In this document: one piece after another, positions 8,583 through 18,679 of the stretch
Layout: each line of letters begins with the position of its first letter
Numbering within the stretch: the first letter of the stretch is position 1
Assembly (NCBI GenBank): GCA_963751455.1
Contig: CAVVUN010000015.1
Coordinates: 1,120,001 to 1,184,000 of the forward strand
From: Nitrospirota bacterium
GTDB taxonomy: Bacteria > Nitrospirota > UBA9217
Reading direction: 5' to 3'
DNA: 64,000 bases
Program-made: the position numbers and the translations under genes
The notes under the pieces: generated by a model
Databases searched by the model: none
Seen by the model: only the letters and a program-made list of their open reading frames with translations
Told to the model about the DNA's origin: nothing

Positions 8583-10510
8583 TTATTTCTGGTTGTTCAC
8601 GGGTTTAAATTTGCCGTCTTCCACTTTTATAGGAAAAGTATTTTTCAGCGCTTCCCGGTTTCCGTCGAACGTCGTCAAGCCGGAGACTCCCGGGTAGTTT
8701 TTCAGCGCCAGAAGGCCGTCTCGCACCGCTGCGGGTGTTTCTTTATGCTCCTTGAAAAGCGTGAAAACCATCATGGCCGCGTCGTAAGACTGGGCCGAGA
8801 GAATGTCCGGTTCTTCACGGTAGGCGGAACGGTAAGCTTCGACGAAGGCTGTCACAGCCGGATCCCTGCTTTCAGGCAGGAAGCCGTCTACGAAGACCGC
8901 TCCGTCGGCATGGCGGCCGGCGCGCTCGATCAGGTCCGGAGCATGCCAGTTGTCCGATCCGATCAGGGCTACTCCTGTTGACGTTGTAGAACGCGAGCTG
9001 GGGGATAAGCAGTCCGACCTGCTCTGCATAGCCGGGAAGATAGAGCGCATCGAAGCCGGGCGCATATTCGGCGAAGAGCTTCTTTCGCTCCGCATCGTCC
9101 TCCGGGATCAGGATTTTCCGTGAGCGCAGATCGATCTCCATAAGCTTGCGGATGTAGGGGCCGAAGTCCTTGGTTTCCGGCGGATACGCTATGGTTGCAA
9201 GGATCTCAGCCTTCCGTTCGAGTTCCCGGGCGAACAGGTTCGAGAGGTCCTTGCCATAGGGTTCATCCGGATACAGCAGCACGAACCGGTTAAGCTTCTG
9301 CTGGAGAGCATACTGCGCGGCCGCTCGCGCCTGGCTATCGATCGTGAGGGCGTTCCTGAATATCCAGTCGCTTTTCTCGGTAAACCCGGAACGGGACGCG
9401 GCTGGGCGGATTACCGGGATCCTTATGTTTGCGAGAAGCGGGGTTATCGCTTCCTCATCTTTGGTTGTGACCGGCCCGATAACCGCGGTCACCCCTTTTG
9501 CCGCGAGTTCTTGAAGAGCGGCGACCGTTTTTTCCGGAAGACCCTCCGTGTCCTTGATTATTATATCCACCCGGTTCTCAGGCTCGGCCAGATTGTGAAC
9601 ATGAACAGCCAGCTCGATGCCCTTGAGCACGCGGTCTCCGAAGAACGCGAGAGGGCCTGACTGGGGCAGGAGCGCGCCTGCCAGGTATCGCGGCGCGGTC
9701 AGCTTCGAAGTGGCCTCGTTCAACAGCATCTCGCCGCGGGTCTTCTCCGGAGTGCGCCGGGAACCGATCGAGAAACTCTTTGCTCACGACGATCGCCTCG
9801 CGGTATTTGCGCTGCTCCAGCATGACCGCGGCAAGCCGCAGTCGTGCGATGTCCGATGGATAGGCGCTCCCCTCAGAGAGGTTCTTCAACTCATCTTCAT
9901 TCAGGCTCTTGTCGACGAGTTCACGCATCCTGTCGCGGTAGCCGGCCCGCTGCTTCTCGTTCGCGGCCGTTTCGGCAAGGTAGCTGTATTCCTTCACGGC
10001 CATGAGATAGTTCTTTTTAAAGGTATAGGCAGCGGAGAGCATCTCCGAGATATGCCGCAGTCGCTCTGGATCGGCGATTTTGCTCCGGTCCTGAAGGTTG
10101 GCGGCCGCGAGGTCGTATTCCTTGAGCTCGAAATAACAGGTACCGAGCTTGTATTTGGAATCGGGAATAAGCGGGGAAGCGGGATATTTTTCGATGATGT
10201 CTTTGTAATAGCTGAGGGCCTGCCGGAAATCGCGCTTCGTCAGGAATATCTCTCCCTTGAGGTGCAGCGCCCTGTCCGCATGCCTGCTTTTCGGGTACAG
10301 CTTGAAGAACGCGTCCGCGGCTTTCACGGCCTGCTCATACTGTTTTTTGGCAAAGAGCGCCTCTGCCTGTTCGATCTGGACGCGGGCGCTTTTTTCCCAT
10401 TCCGGTTCGGGCGGCAGCGACGCGGCGCAGCCCGCCAGTATAATCGTGGATGCGGAGGCGATGAGGAACAGCACAAATGTTATAGTCGAGATGATGCGCC
10501 TGAACGGCAT
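8583..10510 (-). CDS. Lipoprotein with BamD-like TPRs plus LpoA/LppC-like periplasmic binding domain (penicillin-binding-protein activator family); frameshifts near 9745 and 8975
   Basis: Lipobox ILAGC, TPR repeats, then GALLPQSG...FG..VLKGIELA...AVIGP, then LSAQSYDA...YPGVSGLTTFD across three frames. Confidence 0.8.
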
Positions 10511-10604
10511 GTGGTTTACCCCGTTAGAGAAAGCTGTGATCTTTTCAAGGCAGCTAATACTTCGTGAATTGATGCACTGACGGATTCATGCTTCGATCCG
10601 GTTT

Positions 10605-10760
10605 TTATTTCCCTTTTTTGGCGGCTGCTTCCACAATGGCGGCTTTGCGCTTCGCTTTTTGGGTTTCCTCTTTGCGTTTGCGTCTGCGGCTCAGTTCTTT
10701 TTGTCTTTCACGCACGGATTCGCTTCTCCTTTCAAAAGAAAATGTCTTTCCCGAAGCTCC
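10605..10760 (-). CDS. Possible small basic coiled-coil protein (start uncertain)
   Basis: SGKTFSFERRSESVRERQKELSRRRKRKEETQKAKRK..., composition resembles the 58157..58321 protein. Confidence 0.35.
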   Translation of the reverse strand, partial: GASGKTFSFERRSESVRERQKELSRRRKRKEETQKAKRKAAIVEAAAKKGK

Positions 10761-10990
10761 AACCCGTCCACCGGGGAGGAATCGAAGAAAGGGGATCCTG
10801 AAGCGCACACTATAGCTGAGACCGGTCCATTTGTCAATACGGAGAAGCGGCCGAAGGCAGGCAAACGTCAATTAAATAAGAGGGTTATCCGCACGAGTTC
10901 ATCAGTGTTTATGCGTTGCTGTCTGATTTTTTTCTTGATTTATTCAGACTTATAGATTAAATTATACCCGCCTTACGACAGTTGGTCAAT

Positions 10991-11049
<59 letters not shown>

Positions 11050-11066
<17 letters not shown>

Positions 11067-11567
11067 AAATAAAACAAAGCTGGTCATTCTTGACCGGCTT
11101 TTTTTATTTCAGGAAGGGGATCGAACCAAAGGGAGTTTGAGGGAAAGGATTTCACTCATGTTTCGGGAGAGGCCACGAGAGGGCAGGCCCTTTCGTGAAG
11201 CGAAGCGCGTGAGATTCCCCTTCTCGTCCACCAAAATAAAACAAAGCTGGTCATTCCTGACCGGCTTTTTTTATCTCAGGAAGGGGATCGAACCAAAGGG
11301 AGTTTGAGGGAAAGGATTTCACTCATGTTTCGGGAGAGGCCACGAGAGGGCAGGCCCTTTCGTGAAGCGAAGCGCGAGAGATTCCCCTTCTCGTCCACCA
11401 AAATAAAACAAAGCTGGTCATTCTTGACCGGCTTTTTTATTTTCATGAGAGGCGATCGAACCAAGGGAATTTGAGGGAAAGGATTTCACTCATGTTTCGG
11501 GAGAGGCCACGAGAGGGCAGGCCCTTTCGTGAAGCGAAGCGCGTGAGATTCCCCTTCTCGTCCACCA
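11050..11567 (+). repeat. Three 167-bp tRNA-linked tandem repeats
   Basis: ccccttctcgtccacca (tRNA 3' end) at 11050, 11217, 11384, 11551; intervening ~150 bp nearly identical. Confidence 0.95.
11078..11106 (+). terminator. Intrinsic terminator after tRNA (repeated in each 167-bp unit)
   Basis: agctggtca-ttct-tgaccggct followed by T-run. Confidence 0.75.
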
Positions 11568-11972
11568 TAATTTCTTCCTGACAACTTCAAAAACATCCGC
11601 CTCGCGCAAAGCCGCAAAGTTTATAAACCTTAAATCAGTATTAACCATGGATGAACACGGATATTTCCGAACTGATTCGTCTCACACGGACGTACCGATT
11701 GACATAAAAATAGTTGTGTAAAGTATAAATAGAAATTACTTTACACAAACTCTGTTGTGTCGGCTTGCCCATTATGATGGCATATTGTACGGCGTTCCTA
11801 ATCCCGAAGTAAAGAAAAGGACATTGAACTGGCTGAACGCCGAATGGAAGAATGGATGCGGAGGCATCCGTCGGTTTGACCATTTTTTCTGCAACATCTA
11901 GAAAGGCGAGGTAAATCCATCTGCGAGCAATATAAATGTTGACTTTGTGATTTCTCGTATATAAAATAAGCC

Positions 11973-13214
11973 ATGCCCATTCGAAGAAATTTACTGAAAG
12001 AGCTTCAAGCTCATCTTCCCAAGAAAGAGATGACCCTGCTGGTCGGCCCGCGTCAGGCCGGGAAAACGACCCTGATGCTGCATCTCCAGGACGACCTGCG
12101 GAACAAAGGGGAGAAGACGCTCTTCCTGAGCCTTGATTACGAGCGGGACCAGCCGCATTTCGCGGATCAGGAGGCGCTGCTCTCCCGGCTGCGCCTGGAG
12201 TTCGGCCGCAAAAAGGGGTATGTGTTCATCGACGAGATACAGAGAAAGGAGAACGCCGGAATCTTTCTCAAGGGCCTGTACGACATGCGGACGCCGTACA
12301 AGTTCATCCTCTCCGGCTCCGGAAGCGTTGAATTAAAGGAAAAGGTGCACGAGTCCCTCGCAGGCAGAAAGAGGATGTTCGAGCTTTCCACGGTCACGCT
12401 CGCGGAGTTCGTCAACTACCGGACTGCGTACAAGTATCAGGACAGGCTTGCGGACTATTTCCGTGTGAACAAGGCCGAGGCGCGGGATCTTCTGATGGAA
12501 TATCTGAACTTCGGAGGTTACCCGCGGGTGGTGCTTGAGGATACCGCGAAGGAGAAATCGGCGATCATCGACGAAATCTACCGGAGCTACATTGAAAAGG
12601 ACATCGCCTTCCTGCTGCGCGTGGAGCGGATCGACGCGTTCGGAAATCTGATACGCATGCTCGCGGACCGGATCGGCGGCATGACCAACCTGAATGAGCT
12701 TTCTTCGACTCTGGGGATCTCCGTGCAGACCGTGAAGAACTATCTGTCCTATGCGGAAAAGACCTTCATCATCAGAAGGGTCACGCCCTGGTTCAAGAAC
12801 CTGAGAAGCGAGATCAGCAAATCACCGGTGATGTATTTTGGCGACCTCGGGCTCCGGAACTTCGCGCTTCGGCGGTTCGGCAGACACACGGCGCTGCACG
12901 AGACCGGGTTCCTGTTTCAAAACCTTATTCATCAACTGCTTTATGAGAAGACGCAGGAGGAGGGCGGCACGGTCCACTTCTGGAGGACGAAAGACAAGGC
13001 GGAGGTGGATTTCATCATCAATAGCGATGACGGCGTGATCCCCGTGGAGGTGAAATGCCGGGAGATGAAGAGCGGGGAGATCGGCCGCTCGCTCCGGGGC
13101 TTCATCGCGAAGTACAAGCCGAAGGAAGCGTGGGTCGTGTCGCTGGGAAGGCATGAAGACGAGAAGCTGGAAAAAACACGGGTGCGGTTCCTTCCGTTTT
13201 ATGAGTTGCTGTGA
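11973..13214 (+). CDS. AAA_14 ATPase with DUF4143 / C-terminal PD-(D/E)XK-like domain
   Basis: GPRQAGKTT, FIDEIQ, SGS..ESLAGR, FGGYP, YFGDLG, FWRTKDKAEVDF...PVEVK. Confidence 0.9.
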   Translation: MPIRRNLLKELQAHLPKKEMTLLVGPRQAGKTTLMLHLQDDLRNKGEKTLFLSLDYERDQPHFADQEALLSRLRLEFGRKKGYVFIDEIQRKENAGIFLKGLYDMRTPYKFILSGSGSVELKEKVHESLAGRKRMFELSTVTLAEFVNYRTAYKYQDRLADYFRVNKAEARDLLMEYLNFGGYPRVVLEDTAKEKSAIIDEIYRSYIEKDIAFLLRVERIDAFGNLIRMLADRIGGMTNLNELSSTLGISVQTVKNYLSYAEKTFIIRRVTPWFKNLRSEISKSPVMYFGDLGLRNFALRRFGRHTALHETGFLFQNLIHQLLYEKTQEEGGTVHFWRTKDKAEVDFIINSDDGVIPVEVKCREMKSGEIGRSLRGFIAKYKPKEAWVVSLGRHEDEKLEKTRVRFLPFYELL

Positions 13215-13272
13215 CATTGCAAGGTCTCTTCTGGACTTTTTTGGCTGCTTGTAGTAAAGTGCTGAAATACTT

Positions 13273-13806
13273 GCCCCGTTAGAGAATCGTTTTTATTATC
13301 AATGAGATTGCGCATTTGTAAATGGTCGCGAAGACAATTCCTGACCGGGAAACTCGTGATCTCTAACGGGGTGAAGGATTAATAGAAGTCGGGGAGGATC
13401 ATGGCTGATTTACCCCGCTTAGAGGTCCCTTTTACCGTGAATTAGTAGGCGTCAGTCATTCTTGGCGGATAGATCGATCGTAATTGAGAGAGGGGCGGTT
13501 TCTTGACCTCTAACGGGGTTTAGAAACAATCCAGAAAAAGATCCTCTCATTTACCCCGATAGAGATTTTTGCCCGTGCCATAGTGGAGCCGATACCATCG
13601 AAAGCGTACGACTGCGTTCGTTTGCCTATCAAGAAAAGACCGTTGAATCTCACACGGGTGAACGGAACGAGCGTGATTGGCAGCAATTCCACGATCCTTC
13701 ACCCCGTTAGAGATAGCGGCGCAAACACAACGGGTGCATAATCGGCATCGATAGCAAGGATAACGTATATCCGTCACATCAAGCAGGTCTGAATCTCTAA
13801 CGGGGT
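13273..13806. mobile_element. Four 100-108-bp elements with ACCCCGTTAGAG/CTCTAACGGGGT inverted ends (13273-13372, 13412-13519, 13553-13659, 13701-13806)
   Basis: Each opens with (g/a)ccccg(t/ct/a)tagag and closes with ctctaacggggt (degenerate ctcacacgggt in the third); interiors dissimilar. Confidence 0.85.
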
Positions 13807-13825
13807 TAACCCCTACAACGAGACG

Positions 13826-14100
13826 ATGCGTATGTACTATACGTATGTTTTGCAGAGCACAAAAGACGGTAAATGGTATACGGGATTTACAGGGGATCTA
13901 CAAAAACGCTTCAGCGATCACAACGCAGGTAAAGTTCCCGTAACCAAGAACCGTGGACCGTTCGAGTTTATTACGAGGCATGCTTGCACGAGCAAGATGC
14001 TACGGCGCGGGAGAAATACTTGAAGTCGGGGATGGGCAAGCGGTATGTGAGGAATCGGCTGAAGCGTTTTTTTATGGACAAGCCCTCTTTACCCCGTTAG
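13826..14100 (+). pseudogene. Small GIY-YIG nuclease, frameshifted near 13968
   Basis: MYYTYVLQS..DGKWYTGFTGDLQKRFSDHN...TKNRGPFE, continuing in another frame YYEACLHEQDATAREKYLKSGMGKRYVRNRLKRFF...; stop TAG lies inside the downstream repeat. Confidence 0.85.
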
Positions 14101-14194
14101 AACATAATTAATCTCTAACGGGGCAAGCCTTGCAGTCCCGCAATCTCTCGCCTGATTTACCCCGTTACAGATTGTTCATCATCTGTAATGGGGA
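14091..14194. mobile_element. Two short (34 and 36 bp) members of the ACCCCGTT IR family
   Basis: accccgttagaacataattaatctctaacggggc (14091-14124); accccgttacagattgttcatcatctgtaatgggga (14159-14194). Confidence 0.8.
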
Positions 14195-14386
14195 GAACTC
14201 ACTAAGTGAAAAGAACTGGCCGACATTTTCATCTTCCTCACCTATCTAAGCGAGGAATACAATATCGATTTATTGAATGAGGTCGAAAAGAAAATCGGCT
14301 TGAACGAATCGAAATACCCTGTGGAAAAGGCTAAAGGCTCGTCGAGGAAATACACTGAATTGTGATTGATATCTACTGAGGTTTTT

Positions 14387-17300
14387 ATGAGTACTGAACT
14401 GCCAATACAGGTCGGTCAACTGGTCACAGGCCCTCTTTTCAATGAGCCCATGCGGGTGGAGACAGTTCGCTCTGATGGTGCTCAGATGTGGGTTCTCGGC
14501 CTCGTTGGTGAAAAAACCCACCAATTCCGCCGCGTCACACTTACCGGATCAGATCTGAAACAGCTCATCATTCTCGATTCGATGCCGAAGTACGATGGCG
14601 ACGGTGAACTCGTGCGCCTCGGGCTACAAGCTTATTTTCTCGGCATTGCCTATGAATTCGATCCTTATTTCGGCCTCTCCATCTCTCGTGTTGATCCGCT
14701 TCCGCACCAGCTTGAAGCTGTCTATGACTACCTGCTGAAACTAGCCAGAGTTCGGTTTCTCCTTGCCGATGACGCCGGTGCAGGAAAGACCATCATGGCT
14801 GGGCTTCTCATCCGAGAGCTTAAGCTAAGGGGCTTAGCAGAGCGTATTCTTATCGTTTGTCCGTCCAACCTAACTTTTCAATGGGAACGGGAACTCAAAG
14901 ACAAGTTTGAAGAACGGTTCAAGAGAATCGTGGGTGCTGATCTCAACTCCTACAGCATGAATCAGTGGATTGAGAACAAGCAAATCATCACATCTCTTGA
15001 TCTCGCTAAGAGGGAACAGACTTTGCCGGGACTCCGGCAGGCTGAATGGGACCTGGTTATCGTAGACGAGGCGCACCGTATGTCTGCCTCTGATCCCGAA
15101 CATCGGACACAGCGCTACAGGCTTGGCGAACTGCTTCGCGATACTTCGTCACATATTCTGCTGTTGACCGCTACACCTCACAAGGGTGATCCCGAGAATT
15201 TCACCTTCTTCCTTCAGCTTCTTGATCAGGATGCCTTTGCGGATGTCCGCTCGATCCGTGAGGCAATGGACAAGCGAAGGGCACCGTTCTACCTTCGCCG
15301 GACCAAAGAGGCAATGGTTTATTTTCCTGAGCGCCAGGATGACGGCACGTGGATCGCACGGAAGATATTCACCCGTCGTATTCCGCATACAGTACAGTTC
15401 TCAATCGACGGTCCCGAAGATCAGCTCTACCGGGATGTGACCCGCTACGTCAAGCAGCAGAGCGCACAGGCCGCGGCAAATGGCGAGGATCCGCGCGCTC
15501 GTGCTATCGGTTTCTTAATGTCCCTCTATCAGCGTCGTCTAGCCTCAAGTACCTATGCAATGCGCCACTCCCTGGAGAACCGTATAAAGAGACTTAGGGA
15601 CAACCTTCAGCGCGCACAGGAATTGGCCAAAACAGCACCTCCTGATATGCCGACTGACGAGGAACTTGAGGAAATGGAGGATGCCGAGCGTGTGAAGCTG
15701 GAAGATGTAATTGAAGCATTAACACTCTCACGAAATGCGAAAGAAGTCCAAGAGGAAGTAGCTCAGCTTACTGAACTTGCACATCAGGCAAAGATTGTGG
15801 AGGAATCTGGTACAGAAGCGAAACTGTCCAGATTCAAGGATCTTCTTCAGACAGAGGGGTTCTTCGACCATCCGGACAAGCGGCTGCTGCTTTTTACTGA
15901 GTTCAAGGACACGCTGGAATATCTGGTCTCGTGCCTCAAGACCTGGGGTTTCCGCGTCGGATTCATCCACGGAGGTATGAAGCCTGGCAGCAGGAACGAG
16001 CCAGGTTCCAGGCTTTTTGCAGAAGCCCAGTTCTGGGCAGGTGATACGCAAATTCTGGTGGCAACGGAAGCGGCAGGTGAGGGCATCAACCTGCATTGCT
16101 GCAATATGCTGTTCAACTATGATATTCCCTGGAACCCGAACAGGCTTGAGCAGCGCATGGGCCGGATCCATCGTTATGGCCAAAAGAAGGATTGCCTCAT
16201 CTTCAATTTTGTCGCGGCAAATACGATTGAAGGCCGCGTGCTGCAAAAACTGCATGAAAAGCTGCAAGAGATAAGGGACGCCCTAGATGACGACGCCGTT
16301 TTTAATGTTGTCGGAGAAATTCTGCCGTCGTCGCACCTTGAACGGGTGCTCCGGGATTATTACGCTGGCGAGCTTGGTGAAGAGGATCTGGAAGATCGCA
16401 TACTTAAAGACGTAAAGGAAGACAAGTTCAGAGCAATCTGCCAAAATGCCCTTGAAGGGCTCGCTTCAAAGAAACTTAACCTGAACATGCTCGTGGAGCG
16501 TCGGGCGCTTGCGCAGGAGCGGCGGGTTGTTCCCGAGACCATAGCAAGGTTTATCAAGGAGTCATCTGGGAGAATTCCGTTTAATTTAAAACCGGTATCC
16601 GGGATGCTTCACGCCTACGAACCGTCCACAACACCACCTGTACTTCGCCGGTTTGAAATGGAGCCTGACTGGAAGCTGGCGTCTATCGCAAACAGGTATC
16701 CGCGATTCTCGACAGATAGAAAGACAGCAGAGGAAAATAATCTCGAATGGGTCACTCCCGGCCATCCTTTATTTGAAGCGCTTCGTCGTCATTCTCTTAA
16801 TCTGGCAAGAGAGGTTTTCAATCAAGGTGCATGTTTCCATTCAATCAGCCATGATAAACCCGCCCGCTTGGACTTCTATCGCGCCCGCGCCGTGGACGGT
16901 CTCGGCCAGGTGATACACGAGCGTTTGTTCGCAATCCAAATAGCCGACAGCGAAGAACCGAAACTGTTCGATCCCGGTGTGCTGGGGAATCTCCAGGCCC
17001 ACAGCGCCTCCCGATGAACTGCCTAACATCGCCTATCTTCCTGAACCGTCTACCTGGTTTCATGAACATGCTCTGCGCCCCTTCATGGATGAAGTGGGAA
17101 TTGAGCGTCGCGCTGAAGTAGATCGCATTTCGCGCCATGTGGAAATATCTCTCACTGAGCTGATCCATAAGGCGGATGAACTGATTGGCAGGTTTGCCGA
17201 ATCTGCCGAACGGGGCGACGAAGGGGCCAAGGGACTTCTGGCCCAAGCAGAGGCGCGTCACCATGAATTGCTTTATCGCCGTGAAAAGAGAAGGCAGGAA

Positions 17301-17813
17301 CTGGAACGACAGAGGGCACTCAGTCTTCAGGCCGTTGACCGGATCGCGAGCGTGTTGATCCTTCCACATCCGGAGCGGGAAAAACCCGAGATGAGAAGGC
17401 TTCAGCCTGATGCGGCCGTAGAAGCGACCGCAATGCGAGTCGTGATTGAGTACGAGCAGAAGCAAGGCCGACAAGTATTCGACGTGCATGAAAAAAACCT
17501 CGGCTATGATGTGACGAGTCTCGACATCAATTCGGGAGAACTCAGGCTGATCGAGATTAAGGGCCTGGGAGCGGAGACAGGAAATATTCTTCTTACTCCG
17601 AACGAGCGCAGGGTCGCAGAAGATCGACGGGATTGTTACTACCTCTATGTTGTGACCGACTGCAACAAGGAACCGCAATTGCAGGAACCGATTAAAGACC
17701 CGGCAAGGTTCCCTTGGCATGAGGTGAAGAAAGTACAACATTATTGGCTGGAAGTGAATGCCATGACGAAGCCGATGCAAGTAAAAGAGGAACAAAAACC
17801 ATATGGCAGCTGA
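14387..17813 (+). CDS. SNF2-family helicase with C-terminal DUF3883 (PD-(D/E)XK-like) domain; frameshift near 16995
   Basis: PLPHQ, LADDAGAGKT, VDEAH, LTATPH, ATEAAGEGINL, WNPNRLEQRMGRIHRYGQ; second frame VEATAM...GYDVTS...LIEIKG. Confidence 0.9.
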
Positions 17814-18636
17814 GCACATTACCGCTCATTACGAAAATGCAATTGTAACATTTATTGATATTTTGGGATTTCGTGACATTGTACTGAATTCATCATGTAC
17901 TGATGTTGAAAGCATCCTTGAGCGGATTGAGTATTTTACCGATGCTGGAGAGCGCGATCCGGACTATGCACATTTTTCAATTGATCCCGCTGTTTACACA
18001 TTCTCTGATTCGATAATCCGCATTCGCCCAATTGAACGATATGGGAACCGTCACTATCCTGTTGGTTTACTTTTTCATGAACTTCTTGACTTGGTTCATG
18101 TGCAAGGGGGATTGTCCTATAACGGCATTCTTTTGAGGGGGGCGGTTTCATATGGATCGATTAGGATTACCGATACGCGTGTCTTTGGTCCAGCACTTAT
18201 AAGAGCGTACGAACTCGAAAAGAACTGTGCTCTTTATCCACGCATAATTATAGACCCTGAGCTCATAAGTGAGTTCCAGCGCAACCGACTATTAAGAAAT
18301 GAAATACATTCTCTCGAAGAGGAAACTCGTTATATATCAAACGTTACATCGCACAGCGATGATGGCTTCGTTTTCGTAGATTATCTCAGGGCAATGGAGT
18401 CTGAGAGCGATCCTGTGTCTTACCCTAGTTTCCTGTCAAGTCACAGAGATGTAATTATTCAACGTGCACAGGGTCATCAACTTCCGCAGAATATTGCGCA
18501 AAAGGTAATGTGGCTTGCAAGATACCATAATTCCATCATAACAGCGCTGCCGGACGAATTTTATGAACACCATCAGTTTGACAAAGATAGGTTGCTAATA
18601 ACACAAGGTGATATCGGGAATCTCGTGCAAATATGA
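17803..18636 (+). CDS. Class III nucleotidyl-cyclase-like protein
   Basis: AIVTFIDILGF, FSDSII, LLRGAVSYG, GPALIRAYELE, YPRIIID pattern with two conserved Asp. Confidence 0.6.
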   Translation: MAAEHITAHYENAIVTFIDILGFRDIVLNSSCTDVESILERIEYFTDAGERDPDYAHFSIDPAVYTFSDSIIRIRPIERYGNRHYPVGLLFHELLDLVHVQGGLSYNGILLRGAVSYGSIRITDTRVFGPALIRAYELEKNCALYPRIIIDPELISEFQRNRLLRNEIHSLEEETRYISNVTSHSDDGFVFVDYLRAMESESDPVSYPSFLSSHRDVIIQRAQGHQLPQNIAQKVMWLARYHNSIITALPDEFYEHHQFDKDRLLITQGDIGNLVQI

Positions 18637-18679
18637 TGCAGTGAATAGCTTTGCGTTGTTACATCAGGAAGGATACTAA

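Larger units (their letters stand above)
13401..14365 (+). pseudogene. MazG-like nucleotide pyrophosphohydrolase (DCTPP1-type) fragmented by five IR elements and a GIY-YIG gene
   Basis: GGGGAGG SD; pieces between elements read MAD|LETIQKKILSF|RNERDWQQFHDP|...QSRNLSPD|...ELADIFIFLTYLSEEYNIDLLNEVEKKIGLNESKYPVEKAKGSSRKYTEL*. Confidence 0.85.

Noticed and set aside
13273-13806. CRISPR-like array (regular repeats with 33-41-nt unique intervals)
   Set aside because: The repeats are alternating inverted ends of ~100-bp units, the short intervals translate into consecutive pieces of one gene, and no cas genes are present.
16977-17017. Programmed frameshift between helicase and DUF3883 parts
   Set aside because: No slippery heptamer is evident, and similar isolated indels occur in housekeeping genes, so error is the simpler explanation.
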